This document shows, piece by piece, positions 51,982-63,800 of a stretch of 64,000 bases of DNA. The notes beneath the pieces are model-generated. The model saw only the letters and a list, made by a program, of their open reading frames with translations, searched no databases and was not told where the DNA came from. The translations under genes and the position numbers were made by a program. Positions within the stretch are counted from its first letter, which is position 1, and each line of letters opens with the position of its first letter. The DNA lies in contig CM022670.1 in NCBI GenBank assembly GCA_012295275.1, positions 16,120,001 through 16,184,000 on the forward strand. The letters are read 5' to 3'. The stretch comes from Chrysomallon squamiferum. Its lineage: Eukaryota > Animalia > Mollusca.

Positions 51982-54900
51982 AGAGTTGCCATTTCCTGAG
52001 CTTAAATTAAGACCTTTTATTTATATGTTGAATTTTTTCCATTTTCAGATTCTACGTTTGAATAAAACACCAGAAGAAACCTACAACATGCTTGTTGTAG
52101 CAGCAGCAGATCAGCCGTTCCGGACATTCAGGTAAAACATACTTTGTCATTCAGTTATTTATATATTAATATACTTGTCTTGGATTTTAATATATACTTT
52201 TGGTATAATAATAATAATAATAACAGTAACAATAATAATAGCCTGTTTACAACTGCTAATTATTTATCTTCATTATTGTATTTAAACATGATGTGACCTT
52301 GATAGGATGTTTATAAGTAGAAAGCTGTGCTTAACACATTTATTCAACATTATGGTAACTTTCAATATAACTGCCACTAAATTAAACAAAATATATCATT
52401 GTTTGATTAAAAGTAATTTTGTTTTTAGAATAACCCTCGCCCCAGCAAAAATCTGATTAAAAACAGTAGACAAAATAATTGTACTGTTGATACTTTCCAT
52501 CCCTAAATTTCAAAATGTCCTAAAAAGTATCTATATACTTAGATCTTCATAAAAACAATAGCTGATAAGAATTAAAAATTATGCAGTAATGTCTACAGTA
52601 TTATAATGTTTGTTATTATTTCCTAGGGATGCAGGATTTGGATCTTGCTCGTATAAACTTACCTTGCTGGATTGCTTCAAAGCAATGAAAAAAGTAAATT
52701 TTATAGATCAAAATGCATAGATATAAGAGAATTAAATTTTATTATGAAATAAACTGGCATATCTTTTTTAAAATCTACTATCTTACCAGAGTTGAATTTT
52801 ATATAAAATTATCAGTTAAATAGAACGTAAAAAAGTGAGACTGAAATCAATTAAAAACCATTTGACTAAATAGGTCCTGCCAGTTTTAGTAGATATTTTT
52901 TTTAAATACTAATAAATTACAACAGAGAAGTAATGAAATGTTTTGAAAAGTTTTATTTTCCTCCATGTTTTTAAATTAAATCAACCAACTAGAAAATTTT
53001 TTCTTGAATGGCAGAAATGAGTTTCTTAGTTGTTCTTGTTATTGTTACATTTTTTTTTTTATACTGCTAGGCGCAAGACAATGGATTCTTTGATTTCTAT
53101 AATTTTGACATCTCACAGTATGAGTATTATGACGTATGTATCCATAAAAGTTATAAGTTATTGAATTTAATTCATTCTAAGCAATTACACTTTAATAAGT
53201 AATATCAGTGATGTATTTGTTTTACAATTTAAAAGCTTCAGTTAAAGATGTAAATATTTAATATTATTGTTCCATATGTATAATTTTACTGTAACTGAAA
53301 CTTGTACAAATGATTCATATTTAACATCCTGGTAACATTGTGTAGATAATATTTAAGCAAACTCTTGTTACTTGGTGTAATAGAGAGATGTGATGAGAGG
53401 AAACATGCTGCTGCCACCCAGTGAGCGACCATTATCACTACAACAATTTTTAAAAGCCTGTAAACAGCCTGTGAGGGTTAAAATTAATTTATTAAATATG
53501 TGCATTTTACAGATTAATTTGAGATCAAGAAGAAAAACAACATAGATCCATAAAACATTCTGAGTAAACATTCACCTTTTTTATATATTTTGGTTTATTT
53601 TCGGCACTTGGGATAATTTATATAATATGTGGTGGGTGAAAAAACAAAGTATCTTGGACAATAAAAAACATTGAAAATAACATTCCTTTTAAAACCCTGT
53701 ATCTGGAAATGTATTTTCTTCAGGATTAAACTGGATTTAAAACATCAGTCCTATATACAATTGGACTTCTTTTGTTGTTTTTTCACAGAAAGTTCACAAT
53801 GGAGATTTGCATTGGGTGATCCCAAACAAGATTTTAGCGTTTTCTGGGCCTCAACGAAAAACAGAGATAGATGAAAATGGTATGAAATAAAAATAAGGCA
53901 TAGTTTAAAGTTCCTACATCATAGTTCATGTTGATTTTATACTAACACCATTGCATGTTATTTTGGTTTTGTGAAATGCCAGCCAGAAATATTTATTATT
54001 TTTTTATTTTGTCAAGCAGTTTAACATTGTTAAAAAAATAGAAAATTTCACCAGATATCAATGTATATTTATCATTTTTAAGAAATGTGAAAACAATGTC
54101 TCTGAGCAAAAATCAGTCAAAACACACATATAAAACACCTGCCAGTCTATCACTTTTTGTTTTTGTTGATTGTTGAAACATTTACTAGTTAAATTTCAAC
54201 TGCTTATTTTCCTTTTAATTTTTGTTACTGTTGGTTTGAAAAATGTACTATTATCAACTTACAATAATTTATATTCTTATTGTTCTGTTTGAGACTTTTA
54301 AAATTGTGTTGACATTATTATTCTTACATGAGGTTTTTTTCTTTTTCTTTTTTTAATTATATGTTAAAAATTTTTTTTCTAATTTCTTAGTATTTTAATG
54401 AAGTAATTATTATTTCTATGTTTCAAAAATAGCACAAGAATCATTGAGATGAATGTATTTAAACTAGAATTACATCAAATTAAAAGTGATAGTGTTAGAA
54501 AACAGTTTTTGATCTAATTTAAACTACAACTGTTTCTGAGATAGCAAATAAATAATATTTTTCTGGCATGTGCTTGACAAAACAAGAAGTTTTAGTTTCT
54601 TATTGTGTTCTCTACACAAGCAGATTAATTGGTGCTCAAGGAGTCAGCTCTGATTAAACTGCTGGTGCAGGTTTTTTCTATCCACAACCAAATAGACAAT
54701 GTATAAAATTAGTTTTTATTTTTGGAATACACATTTATGCCATTATTTCCTATTTTAACATTCATGTTTATATATAAGTTGTGCTCATGTAAGTAAGAAT
54801 TTTAATTAAGAGAAACTGATTAAATTTAAATGATGACATACTTGTAAATGATTCCAGGGAAATTCACTCTAGTTTTATACAGTTTTTATTTTGGTTGGTG

Positions 54901-57900
54901 GTGTATATTTTCAGTTTCAGAAATATCTGTCTTAAGATTGTACACTTCCTTTGAGAAGAATACTTTTGTAGTAAATATTTTGTACATTTGCATTCTCCAT
55001 GTTTGTTTTAAAATTATTATTCAATACAAAGTATGTGAAATTATTTTTCTTTTAGGGGATCCAGAACATCAGCTTTTGATCCAGAAAATATTAAAATAAA
55101 TATAATTAGTAAATAACGAATTGTCAAAAAGTAAATAATAGTAACAAATTTCATTTAAATGTCACTCAAGCAAATCACTAGAGAATGTCATTAAGATGAC
55201 ACTTAACATGAATGCTTCTAAGACAGAGAATGCAATTTAACTTGTGAGACCAAAGATATTTCTTATCATTGTTACTAATTTTTCATGTATTCTGTTTGGC
55301 CCTGCAGTGAGTAGAAAATGAAGATCTCAAGTGGACTGATAACAACAAATATCTACCTTACAGTGGACCACATACAAAGCAGGCTAGAGTTTGGTATGAC
55401 TGAGAAATCTTTCACTTCAAATCAAGCTTACTCACTTTGTGTGGCATGCCTTTCCATAATTATTAACAGTGTTCTGTATCCAAGATTATGATGCATGTTT
55501 AAAGAGAGAAAGAAAAACAAACTAATATTTGTTTTAATACTCTTTCTTCTTGTTGCTAAGAACACTTTCTTCTAGTCTTATTTTCACATCCAAGTTGTTT
55601 CTTCTTTCTAAAAATTTACAATTTCACTTCCATCTTGTTTTTTGTTTTTTTGTTTGTTCATTTTATTCTTTTACTTAAAAGTTGTTGTGTGCTCATATTG
55701 AAATATAACAATGTGTCAGGTTATAAGTATGTTTATTAATTTAATAGTGCACTGAAATATTTTATTCCTTCTATTTTCTTGTATTTTCTTGTAGATTCTT
55801 AGTGATCACTAAAACATATTTTGATATTTACAATCATCACAAATTAATATATTCAGAGTGTTGTTTTTCAGTTCACTATAACATTTTAAAAATATTTCTG
55901 AAAAATGCATTCCATTGAAAAGTTGATAGAATGATATTTAAGACCATTGTTACAGTGAGTCATTTAAGCGGTTGATTTAATGTTTCATTTAAGTGAATAA
56001 ACCTTATTCAGAAAAAAATAAAAATAGAAAATTTGTTATGAACATTTCAAGAAAATTGGTTAGTTTCACTGGTATTGAAATGCAAACTGTACTCTAAAAT
56101 GTCACGTAATTCTTAAACCTGTCTGCTTTCAGACGTGTTACTTTTTAAATTTTGTCAAAGGGAAATAACTCATGAATAAAACATTTTAAGCTGATAATTT
56201 AATTTGAATAAAATCTTTAAAATTATTGTTTTTTTCTTGAATATATGCTCTATGTGATTACTGTATATGGAGTGTATGAATAATAATTTTATCTTCTTTT
56301 CAGGAAATCTGACATTTTCACCTGGAGACTACGTCCCTATTTTGCAAAATCATAATGTGTCAACAATTATACGACTAAATCAAAAAAAATATAATGCCAA
56401 CACATTTGTAAGAGCTGGTTTTGAGTTTTACGACCTTTACTTTGAAGATGGCACTGTTCCAAGCAATAAAATCATCCAGAAATTCTTAAAAATAGCAGAA
56501 AGTCCTAATCGTACGATTGCAGTACACTGTAAAGGTAGAGCTTTGATATTTTCTCAGATTCATCAAGTAAAGTCTGTTTAAAACTTAAGTGCTGATGTTC
56601 ATTTACTAAGTAAATATTTAAATTAATTTTCAGCTGGACTAGGTCGGACCGGCACACTAATATGCTGTTACCTAATGAAGCATTATAAATTCACAGCCGC
56701 CGAAGCCATCGCATGGAATAGAATCACACGTCCAGGATCAGTGCTTGGGAGACAGCAAAACTTTCTTGAAGAGTAAATCTGTTTTATGTATATACATACA
56801 TGCATAATACACACACAAACATAAAATGTGTATGTCAGTTACATAAAATAGGGCTCTTTTTAGTAAATTGTATTTAACTGAACATCCAAGCAGTTTGAAA
56901 TATAACTTTTTTCACCAAAATATTTCTGTGAAATAAAATGTTTTATTACAAGAAAAAAACAAAAAGAAAGAATGAAATAAAATGATTTGTTGATAAAGTG
57001 TTAAATGTATCAAACTGTTGTTTCAGAAAGCAAGACTGGCTTTGGCATGAGGGAGATTTATACAGAGAGGAGGAAATCAGGAAGAACAACAGACCTTGGC
57101 TTTCAAAACTGGTCTTGTGGGTTCAAGAAGTCTTTTCTCCAGACAACAAAAACACGAATAGTATTCATTATCAAGAAAATCATGTAAGTATTATAACATG
57201 AAAAAAACACCAAGATATTTGTGTTGAAAAGACCATTTTAATCTCAGATTTATTTATTATTGAGATGATGTTTATATGTAATGTTATGTTTAATGTAATA
57301 TAGAACATTTCACTTTGAAAACATTTCGTGATGCAGTTTTTATTTTCTTAACTATTTCTCACACACAAAAGGAAATGATTATTATTAGAAATGAAAGAAA
57401 AATTATTAGATTATAAAATATATGTATTTATTTTTAATTAATTTTTAGATATATTGCGAGTCATCTGCAGTCAGTGACAGTGAAGAAACCCAAGGCGACA
57501 AATTGAACAAGAAAAAACGCCGACATTGTGCCCTAAATTAGTATGAAACGTTCATAACTTTGTAATAACAAAAGAATCTATGTTTGCACCTCTGTTTACA
57601 TGATAGATGAAAACTTTACCTATATTTTGACTAGGTAATGCAAGTACTCGTCTATAAGTTGCACCTCAAGTATTGCTTTGAAAAATGGTAGACGATTTTA
57701 TGAAATATATATAATTTAGATTCTTTAGAATACAGGTTTACTTGAGTCTGTGACCGTATGTCTTTAGATAGCTATAAATTAAAGGAATGACAGATTATAT
57801 TCCTTTTTTTTTAATCTCCATGCTAACCCTGCAAAATAAGTGTTCTGTAAAAATCTCTGAGAAACATGTCTTCTCAATCTAATTTTTCAGAAAATGTATA

Positions 57901-59198
57901 AGAAAATTAATGTTAACAGTATTTTAAAAAGGTGTTTATTACATGTGTGTTATTTGTAATCATTTTGTTATGAATATACTTATTGCTTTCTAATTTTGGT
58001 TTCAGTGATTGTGAAATAAGTCAAGCGAAAAGATTTAAAAAAACTGTTATTTCTCATGGAAATAATTTTGGAAACTCCAAGCAAAATACCTGGCTTTTGG
58101 ATCGTCAGTACTGTACAAAATACAGGTAAGAAATTTTGTGTGATGCTGATATTTTTAGTTTTTTATTACATCAAATGAAAGTGACATTTATCTTCTAGCT
58201 CATAGGTGAAAATAGTTTGAAATGTTTATATTATAGTTTGACATTTCTAGTGTCCTAAATTTATAACTGTTCTAAGATGAAATGTGTCTTTTTAAAAATG
58301 TTTTTTATTATTAGAGAATCACAATTACAGCCAGTCCTAAAGATCAAAATCAGATATGCAGCCCAGTATCATTAAAATTGGAAGTTTTCATTTGGTACTT
58401 AATGATCTGTATTAAATCATTAACTGTGTGGTTTTCTTCTGGGTTATTTTTTCTGTTATTATTGTTGCTATTGTCTTAATGTCTGCTTTTTGTGTTGACT
58501 CTTCATGTTAAACTGTGATAACATCTTAACAAAAAGTGATACGAGTATTAATTGACAGTGTCAGCATATTTTTCTTCATTTGCATGGTATTAAAGATTCT
58601 TATAAATGAAGTCAGTTTTATTTTTTGAAGTAATACAAATATTTCCATGCTGTTTTTGTTTTTTCTTTCCCCACATTTATTGTTAAACAGTACTAATTCA
58701 AACTTCAGCCAGCAATAATAATAATATTATTTTCCTGTCATGTTTATTTATCTTCCAGACATGGCCTTGATAGGAGTACAAACTGCCTAGCAAAGAATTA
58801 CAAAAGGAAACTCTTCATGGAAATTCACAAACCATCAAATGGCCATTTGCACAAATATTTCTTACGATCTTGCACTGATGTAAGTCAGATATTGACATCT
58901 TTCTTGTGATTTGCACAGAAATCATATACAATGGTTCTCACATAATTGTATAGCTGTTATTTTTTTTTTCAAACCATTTCACTTCTTCATTCCATTGATT
59001 AAAATGTCTAAATGCTATCTTCTTGTATATGACCTCTTTTCATGCTATTAAATATCCTTTACTAACATAATCATTATTTCAGGAATGGATTTCATTTAAT
59101 AGTCTTAACATTTTTAAACATGTGTAATTATTATTGTGTGGAAGAGAATTTATAATTGATCTCTTTCATTTCAGATCAAAGTCACTGCACACTACTAA
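48122..59198 (+). CDS. CDC14: Dual-specificity protein phosphatase Cdc14 (CDC14A/B-like), 15 coding exons, ~497 aa
   Basis: join(48122-48167, 49242-49332, 51436-51511, 51700-51792, 52049-52131, 52627-52693, 53071-53133, 53789-53879, 56304-56534, 56634-56772, 57027-57183, 57449-57540, 58006-58125, 58759-58879, 59175-59198) = 1494 nt, open throughout. Motifs [53 protein letters not shown] (intact catalytic CX5R), RPGSV, TQGDKL. The last three exons rest only on splice-site and phase logic. Confidence 0.9.
49242..49332 (+). CDS. CDC14: Cdc14 exon 2 (GC donor)
   Basis: tacag|[30 protein letters not shown](R)|gcaagt; 91 nt. Confidence 0.88.
50607..50891. repeat. ~95-100 bp tandem minisatellite, ~3 copies, Cdc14 intron 2
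   Basis: tttgaaattttcattgaaacaaaaataaac...gtgactgaaagcagtgaaactggaaaa...cattattt repeated at ~50607, 50705, 50802. Confidence 0.88.
51436..51511 (+). CDS. CDC14: Cdc14 exon 3
   Basis: ttcag|[25 protein letters not shown]|gtaaga; 76 nt. Confidence 0.92.
51700..51792 (+). CDS. CDC14: Cdc14 exon 4
   Basis: ttcag|[31 protein letters not shown]|gtaagt; 93 nt. Confidence 0.92.
52049..52131 (+). CDS. CDC14: Cdc14 exon 5
   Basis: ttcag|[27 protein letters not shown](R)|gtaaaa; 83 nt. Confidence 0.92.
52627..52693 (+). CDS. CDC14: Cdc14 exon 6
   Basis: cctag|[22 protein letters not shown]|gtaaat; 67 nt. Confidence 0.92.
53071..53133 (+). CDS. CDC14: Cdc14 exon 7
   Basis: gctag|[21 protein letters not shown]|gtatgt; 63 nt. 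Confidence 0.92.
53789..53879 (+). CDS. CDC14: Cdc14 exon 8
   Basis: cacag|[30 protein letters not shown]|gtatga; 91 nt. Confidence 0.92.
56304..56534 (+). CDS. CDC14: Cdc14 exon 9
   Basis: ttcag|[12 protein letters not shown]...FEDGTVPS...IAVHCK|gtagag; 231 nt. Confidence 0.94.
56634..56772 (+). CDS. CDC14: Cdc14 exon 10
   Basis: ttcag|[46 protein letters not shown]|gtaaat; 139 nt. Confidence 0.94.
57027..57183 (+). CDS. CDC14: Cdc14 exon 11
   Basis: ttcag|[13 protein letters not shown]...HYQENH|gtaagt; 157 nt. Confidence 0.88.
57449..57540 (+). CDS. CDC14: Cdc14 exon 12 (ends 57540 if spliced, or at TAG 57541 if not)
   Basis: tttag|[32 protein letters not shown]|gtatga; TQGDKL is conserved in metazoan Cdc14. 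Confidence 0.85.
58006..58125 (+). CDS. CDC14: Cdc14 exon 13 (predicted)
   Basis: ttcag|(Y)[39 protein letters not shown](R)|gtaaga; 120 nt, phase 2-2, open. Confidence 0.7.
58759..58879 (+). CDS. CDC14: Cdc14 exon 14 (predicted)
   Basis: tccag|[40 protein letters not shown]|gtaagt; 121 nt, open in the required phase. Confidence 0.7.
59175..59198 (+). CDS. CDC14: Cdc14 terminal exon (predicted; alternative 59083-59127)
   Basis: ctctttcatttcag|IKVTAHY-TAA; downstream AATAAA at 59861 and 59883. Confidence 0.55.
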   Translation: MKVTAHY

Positions 59199-59269
59199 GA
59201 CTTTTCATTTTCAAAGATAAATAATTTGTCCACATGGTCGAATGTAAAGAACTGGTTTGTAAATTATTA

Positions 59270-59545
59270 ACGCTTTATTTATTTCTATATATTTAAATGT
59301 ATAGTTTGTATTCAATGTCACTAATGTTATTTAAGACCAACCAAAAGATACAATGTGCAGAAAAGTGATGTACTCATTTTGTATATTATTAACTCTTTGT
59401 TTATTTCTGTATATTTAAATATATAGTTGAAAGTAAATGATGTTATTTAATGTTAATCTAAAGACAAAATGTGCAGAAGGGAGATGTACTGATTTTGTAA
59501 GTTATTATTATCTTTATTTATTTCTATATACTTAACTGAATGGTT
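59270..59545. repeat. Degenerate ~125-bp tandem repeat in the Cdc14 3' region
   Basis: ctttatttatttctatatatttaa...aatgtgcagaa..gatgtact.attttgta recurs 2-3 times. Confidence 0.6.
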
Positions 59546-60035
59546 GTATCTGTATGATGTTTTTTAATTACAACCAAAAGATGCTATTGTTGTTTATATG
59601 AGATGAAGTAGAACAGGAAAATTGAATGATCAAACTTTTTTTAAAGGAACATTTACATTAAAAAAAACATTATGCAAAAACTAAAGTTTCTACACCAGTG
59701 TATTATTTTAGCCATATTGTAATAATATAGAGTATCCCATTTTAAGTATATAGGCTATAGGTTATCTTCTCAATATCTCTTATATCAGTATTGATAAAAC
59801 TGGTCATATATGTGAAAAGTTAGTTTTTTTTCATTAGCTCAGTTATATTTATTTAAATTCAATAAAAAGGTTTAATTCTAAGAATAAAAGAATTGATGTA
59901 ACAAAAAAATAAAAAAAGGAAAGAAGTGTACTACCAAGAAGGGAAATAGCTAAAACAGGACAGCATTGTAACTTTACACACATGCACACATAAAATCAGT
60001 TGCTCTGGGCTTTATAATTTTTTATTTTTTTTTTT

Positions 60036-60066
<31 letters not shown>

Positions 60067-60317
60067 GTCTCTGTTATTTGTGGTATTACCTTTTCCTACA
60101 CAGTATAATTTCTCATTTAAATGCTAAATAAAACTAATGCAATCACGTAGCCAATAAAGTACAGAAACTGCTGTTTGCGATATGTTTTAAAATGTCACGA
60201 TATTTTCTATTAGACTGTCTTTTTTGTTCTGTATCATTTAGAAAATTTCTGTAAATAAGAATATGAAATTCAATTTTCAAAATGGAAAGTTAAATGATTT
60301 TCAATTTATAAAAAAAT

Positions 60318-60625
60318 AGATAATTGGAAATATATATTTTTTTAATTCATGCTTATTCATCATTTTCTAATTATTATTATTATTTTTTATTATTATTATT
60401 ATTTATTAAATTTTTTTATGGTCAGATAATTGGAAATTATTATATATATATATATATATTTATTTTCATGCTTATTCATCATTTTCTAATTATTATTATT
60501 TTTTTGTTTAATTTATTTTTTATTATTATTATTATTATTATTTATTATCTTTATGTTCAGATAATTGGAAATATATATATGTATTTTAATTCAAATTTAT
60601 TCATCATTTTCTAATTTTTATTATT
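60318..60625. repeat. Degenerate AT-rich ~105-135 bp tandem repeat, 3 copies
   Basis: agataattggaaat...ttattcatcattttctaatt at ~60318, 60424, 60559. Confidence 0.7.
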
Positions 60626-60702
60626 TTTGTTTAATTTTATTTATTTATTTATTTATTTATTATTATTATTAATATATATTTCCACTGAATTGCTATCAGG
60701 CA

Positions 60703-60850
60703 GAATGTCAAATTACACCAACCAAAATTTAGTCCTTTGGCCTAATTCCTGGACATTTTAGTCATTAGGCCTAACATCTGATGGTTTTGGGTGTTAGGCT
60801 AAATGCCTAAACATTTCAGGCATTAGGCCAAATGACTAGTTTGACATATT
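60703..60850. mobile_element. Small palindromic foldback/MITE-like element
   Basis: Arms 60730-60777 and 60791-60838 are imperfect reverse complements; outer tgtcaaa/tttgaca pair. Confidence 0.6.
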
Positions 60851-60864
60851 GACTTTAACATGAG

Positions 60865-63800
60865 TGTGTACGTATGTTTGTGTGTGTGTAAAATGAAAAT
60901 ATTACATGAAATTACCAGTATTTACATAATACAGCTCAATTAAAAATAGAAATCTTAAAAATATCATTTTGTGTATTCTGATAATTTTGCTGTTGCTTAT
61001 TCATCATTTTTTATAAATGTTTTATTTTATTAATTTTTTTTTTTTTTTATTTTTTTTTACTGAGAGAAAGCCAATTACTGTTTTAGCATTAAATTATTCT
61101 ATTTTCCAATCACTTTTCTTAATGCATGTGTACTCTTTGATATTAACATATTTTAATACTTATTGATAAAAAAACTAAAATGTATTATAATAAATAAGCA
61201 ATTATATTGTTTTTATCACTTATATTTTAATATATGTATATATATATATATATATAAACAATATTCTATCAAATTACCAGGATTTCCACAATACAGTCCA
61301 GTTAAAAAAGTCAAAAAAAATCTTACAAATGAATCATTTGGGTGTATTTTATTAATATTTTATTATTATTTTATTTTATTTTATTTTATTTTATTTCATT
61401 TTATTTTTTTGGAAGATAGAATAATTTAACATTTAATAATTGACTATTTCCTGATTGTTTGTTTTTGGGTGTATTTTTAATGCACAAGTATGCTTTGATA
61501 TTAAACCTTGTTCCCTCTTGGATTCTAGCCTGATGAATTTGCTGCAAATTACAGTTAATACTATTTAATACATCTTTGTTGAAAGTAATATTTTAAAAAA
61601 TAATTGCTATTATGGACATCAGCTTTTTCTTAAATGATATTGTTAACTTATGTTTTCTTAAAAAAAGGTTATGTTCATTTGTAAATTCATTGTCTCTACA
61701 TGTGTGTTATGTCTGTGTGTGTAAAATGAAAATATATGAAATTACCAGTAGTTACATAATACAGGTCAATTAAAAATAGAAATCTTAAAAATATCATTTT
61801 GTGTATTCTGATAAATTTCTGTAGCTTATTCATCATTTTTTATTAATGTTTTATTTTATTAAATTTTTATTTATTTATATTTTTTTTTTTACTGAGAGAT
61901 AGCCAATTTACTGTTTTAGCATTAAATTATTCTATTTTCCAGTCACTTTTCTTAATGCATATGTACACTTTGATATTAACATATTTTAATATTTATTGAT
62001 AAAAACTGTAAAATGTATTATAATAAATAAGCAATTATATTATGTTTATCACTTATATTTTAATATATATATATATATAAAAAAACAATATTCTATCAAA
62101 TTACCAGGATTTCCACAATACAGTCCAGTTAAAAAACTCAAAAAAAATCTTAAAAATGTATCATTTGGGTGTATTTTATTAATATTTTATTATTATTTTA
62201 TTTTATTTTATTTTATTTTATTATTTTATTTTATTTTATTTTATTTTTTTGGAAGATAGAATAATTTAACATTAATAATTGACTGTTTCCTGATCGTTTG
62301 TTTTTGGGTGTATTTTTAATGCACAAGTATGCTTTGATATTAAACCTTGTTCCCTCTTGGAATCTAGCCTGATGAATTTGCTGCAAATTACAGTTAATGC
62401 TATTTAATACATCTTTGTTGAAAGTAATATTTTTAAAAATAATTGCTATTATGGACATCAGCTTTTTCTTGAATGGTATTGTTAACTTACGTTTTCTTAA
62501 AAAAAGGTTATGTTTATTTGTAAATTCATTGTCTCTACATGTGTGTGTGTGTGTGTGTGAAATGAAAATATTATATGAAAGTACCAGTATTTACATAATA
62601 CAGGTCAATTAAAAATAGAAATCTTAAAAATATCATTTTGTGTATTCCAATAATTGTGTTGTTGCTTATTCATCATTTTTTTATTAATGTTTTTATTTAT
62701 ATACTTTTATTTTTATTTTTTTTATTTTTTTTTTAATTGAGAGGTAGAATAATTTAATGCTAAAATAGTAATTGGCTATTTTCCAATCTCTTTTCTTAAT
62801 GCACATGTAGTCTTTGATATTAACATATTTTAATATTTATTGATAAAAACTGTAAAATACATATATAATAACTAAGCAATTATATTGTGTTTATCACTTA
62901 TATTTTAATATATATATAAACAATATTCTACCAAATTACCAGGATTTCCACGATTCAGTCCAGTTAAAAAAACACAAAAAAAAACACATCTTACAAATAT
63001 TATCATTTTGTGTGTATTCTGAAGATTTTACTATTGCTTATTATCATTTCTTAATTAATAATTTTTATATTTATTAATTGTTTATTCTTTTATTTTATTT
63101 TATTTTATTTTTATTATTATTATTATTATTTTTTTTTTTTTTTTGAAAGATAGAATAATTTAACATTAAAATAATAATTGGCTATTTCCTGATCATTTGT
63201 TTTTGCGTGTGTTATTAATGCACAAGTATGCTTTGATATTAAACCTTGTTCCCTCTTGGATTCTAATCTGGTGAATTTCCTGCAAATTACAGTTAATATT
63301 ATTTAATACATCTTTGTTGAAAGTAATATTTTAAAAAATAATTACTATTTGGACATCAGCTTTTTCTTAAATGATATTGTTAACTTATGTTTTATTAAAA
63401 GAAGGTTATGTTTATTTGTAAATTCATTGTCTCTACCTGTGTGTCTGTGTGTGTGTGTTGTGTAAAATGAAAATATTATATGAAATAACCAGTATTTACA
63501 TAATACAGGTCAATTAAAAATAGAAATCTTAAAAATATCATTTTGTGTATTCCAATAATTTTGCTGTTGCTTATTCATCATTTTTTTTATTAGTGTTTTA
63601 TTTTGTTAATTTTTATTTTTTTATTTTTTTTTTTTTTAATTCAGAGATAGAATAATTTAATGCTAAAATAGTAATTGGCTATTTTCTAATCATTTTTCTT
63701 AATGCATATGTGACTTGATATTAACATATTTTAATATTTATTGATAAAAAGTGTAAAATGTATATATAATAAATAAGCAATTATGTTGTGTTTATCACTT

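Noticed and set aside
61163-62612. Duplicated ~88-aa ORFs as a tandem gene family
   Set aside because: They lie within satellite units, start mostly at non-ATG codons, are low complexity, and the frame is not preserved in copies 3 and 4.
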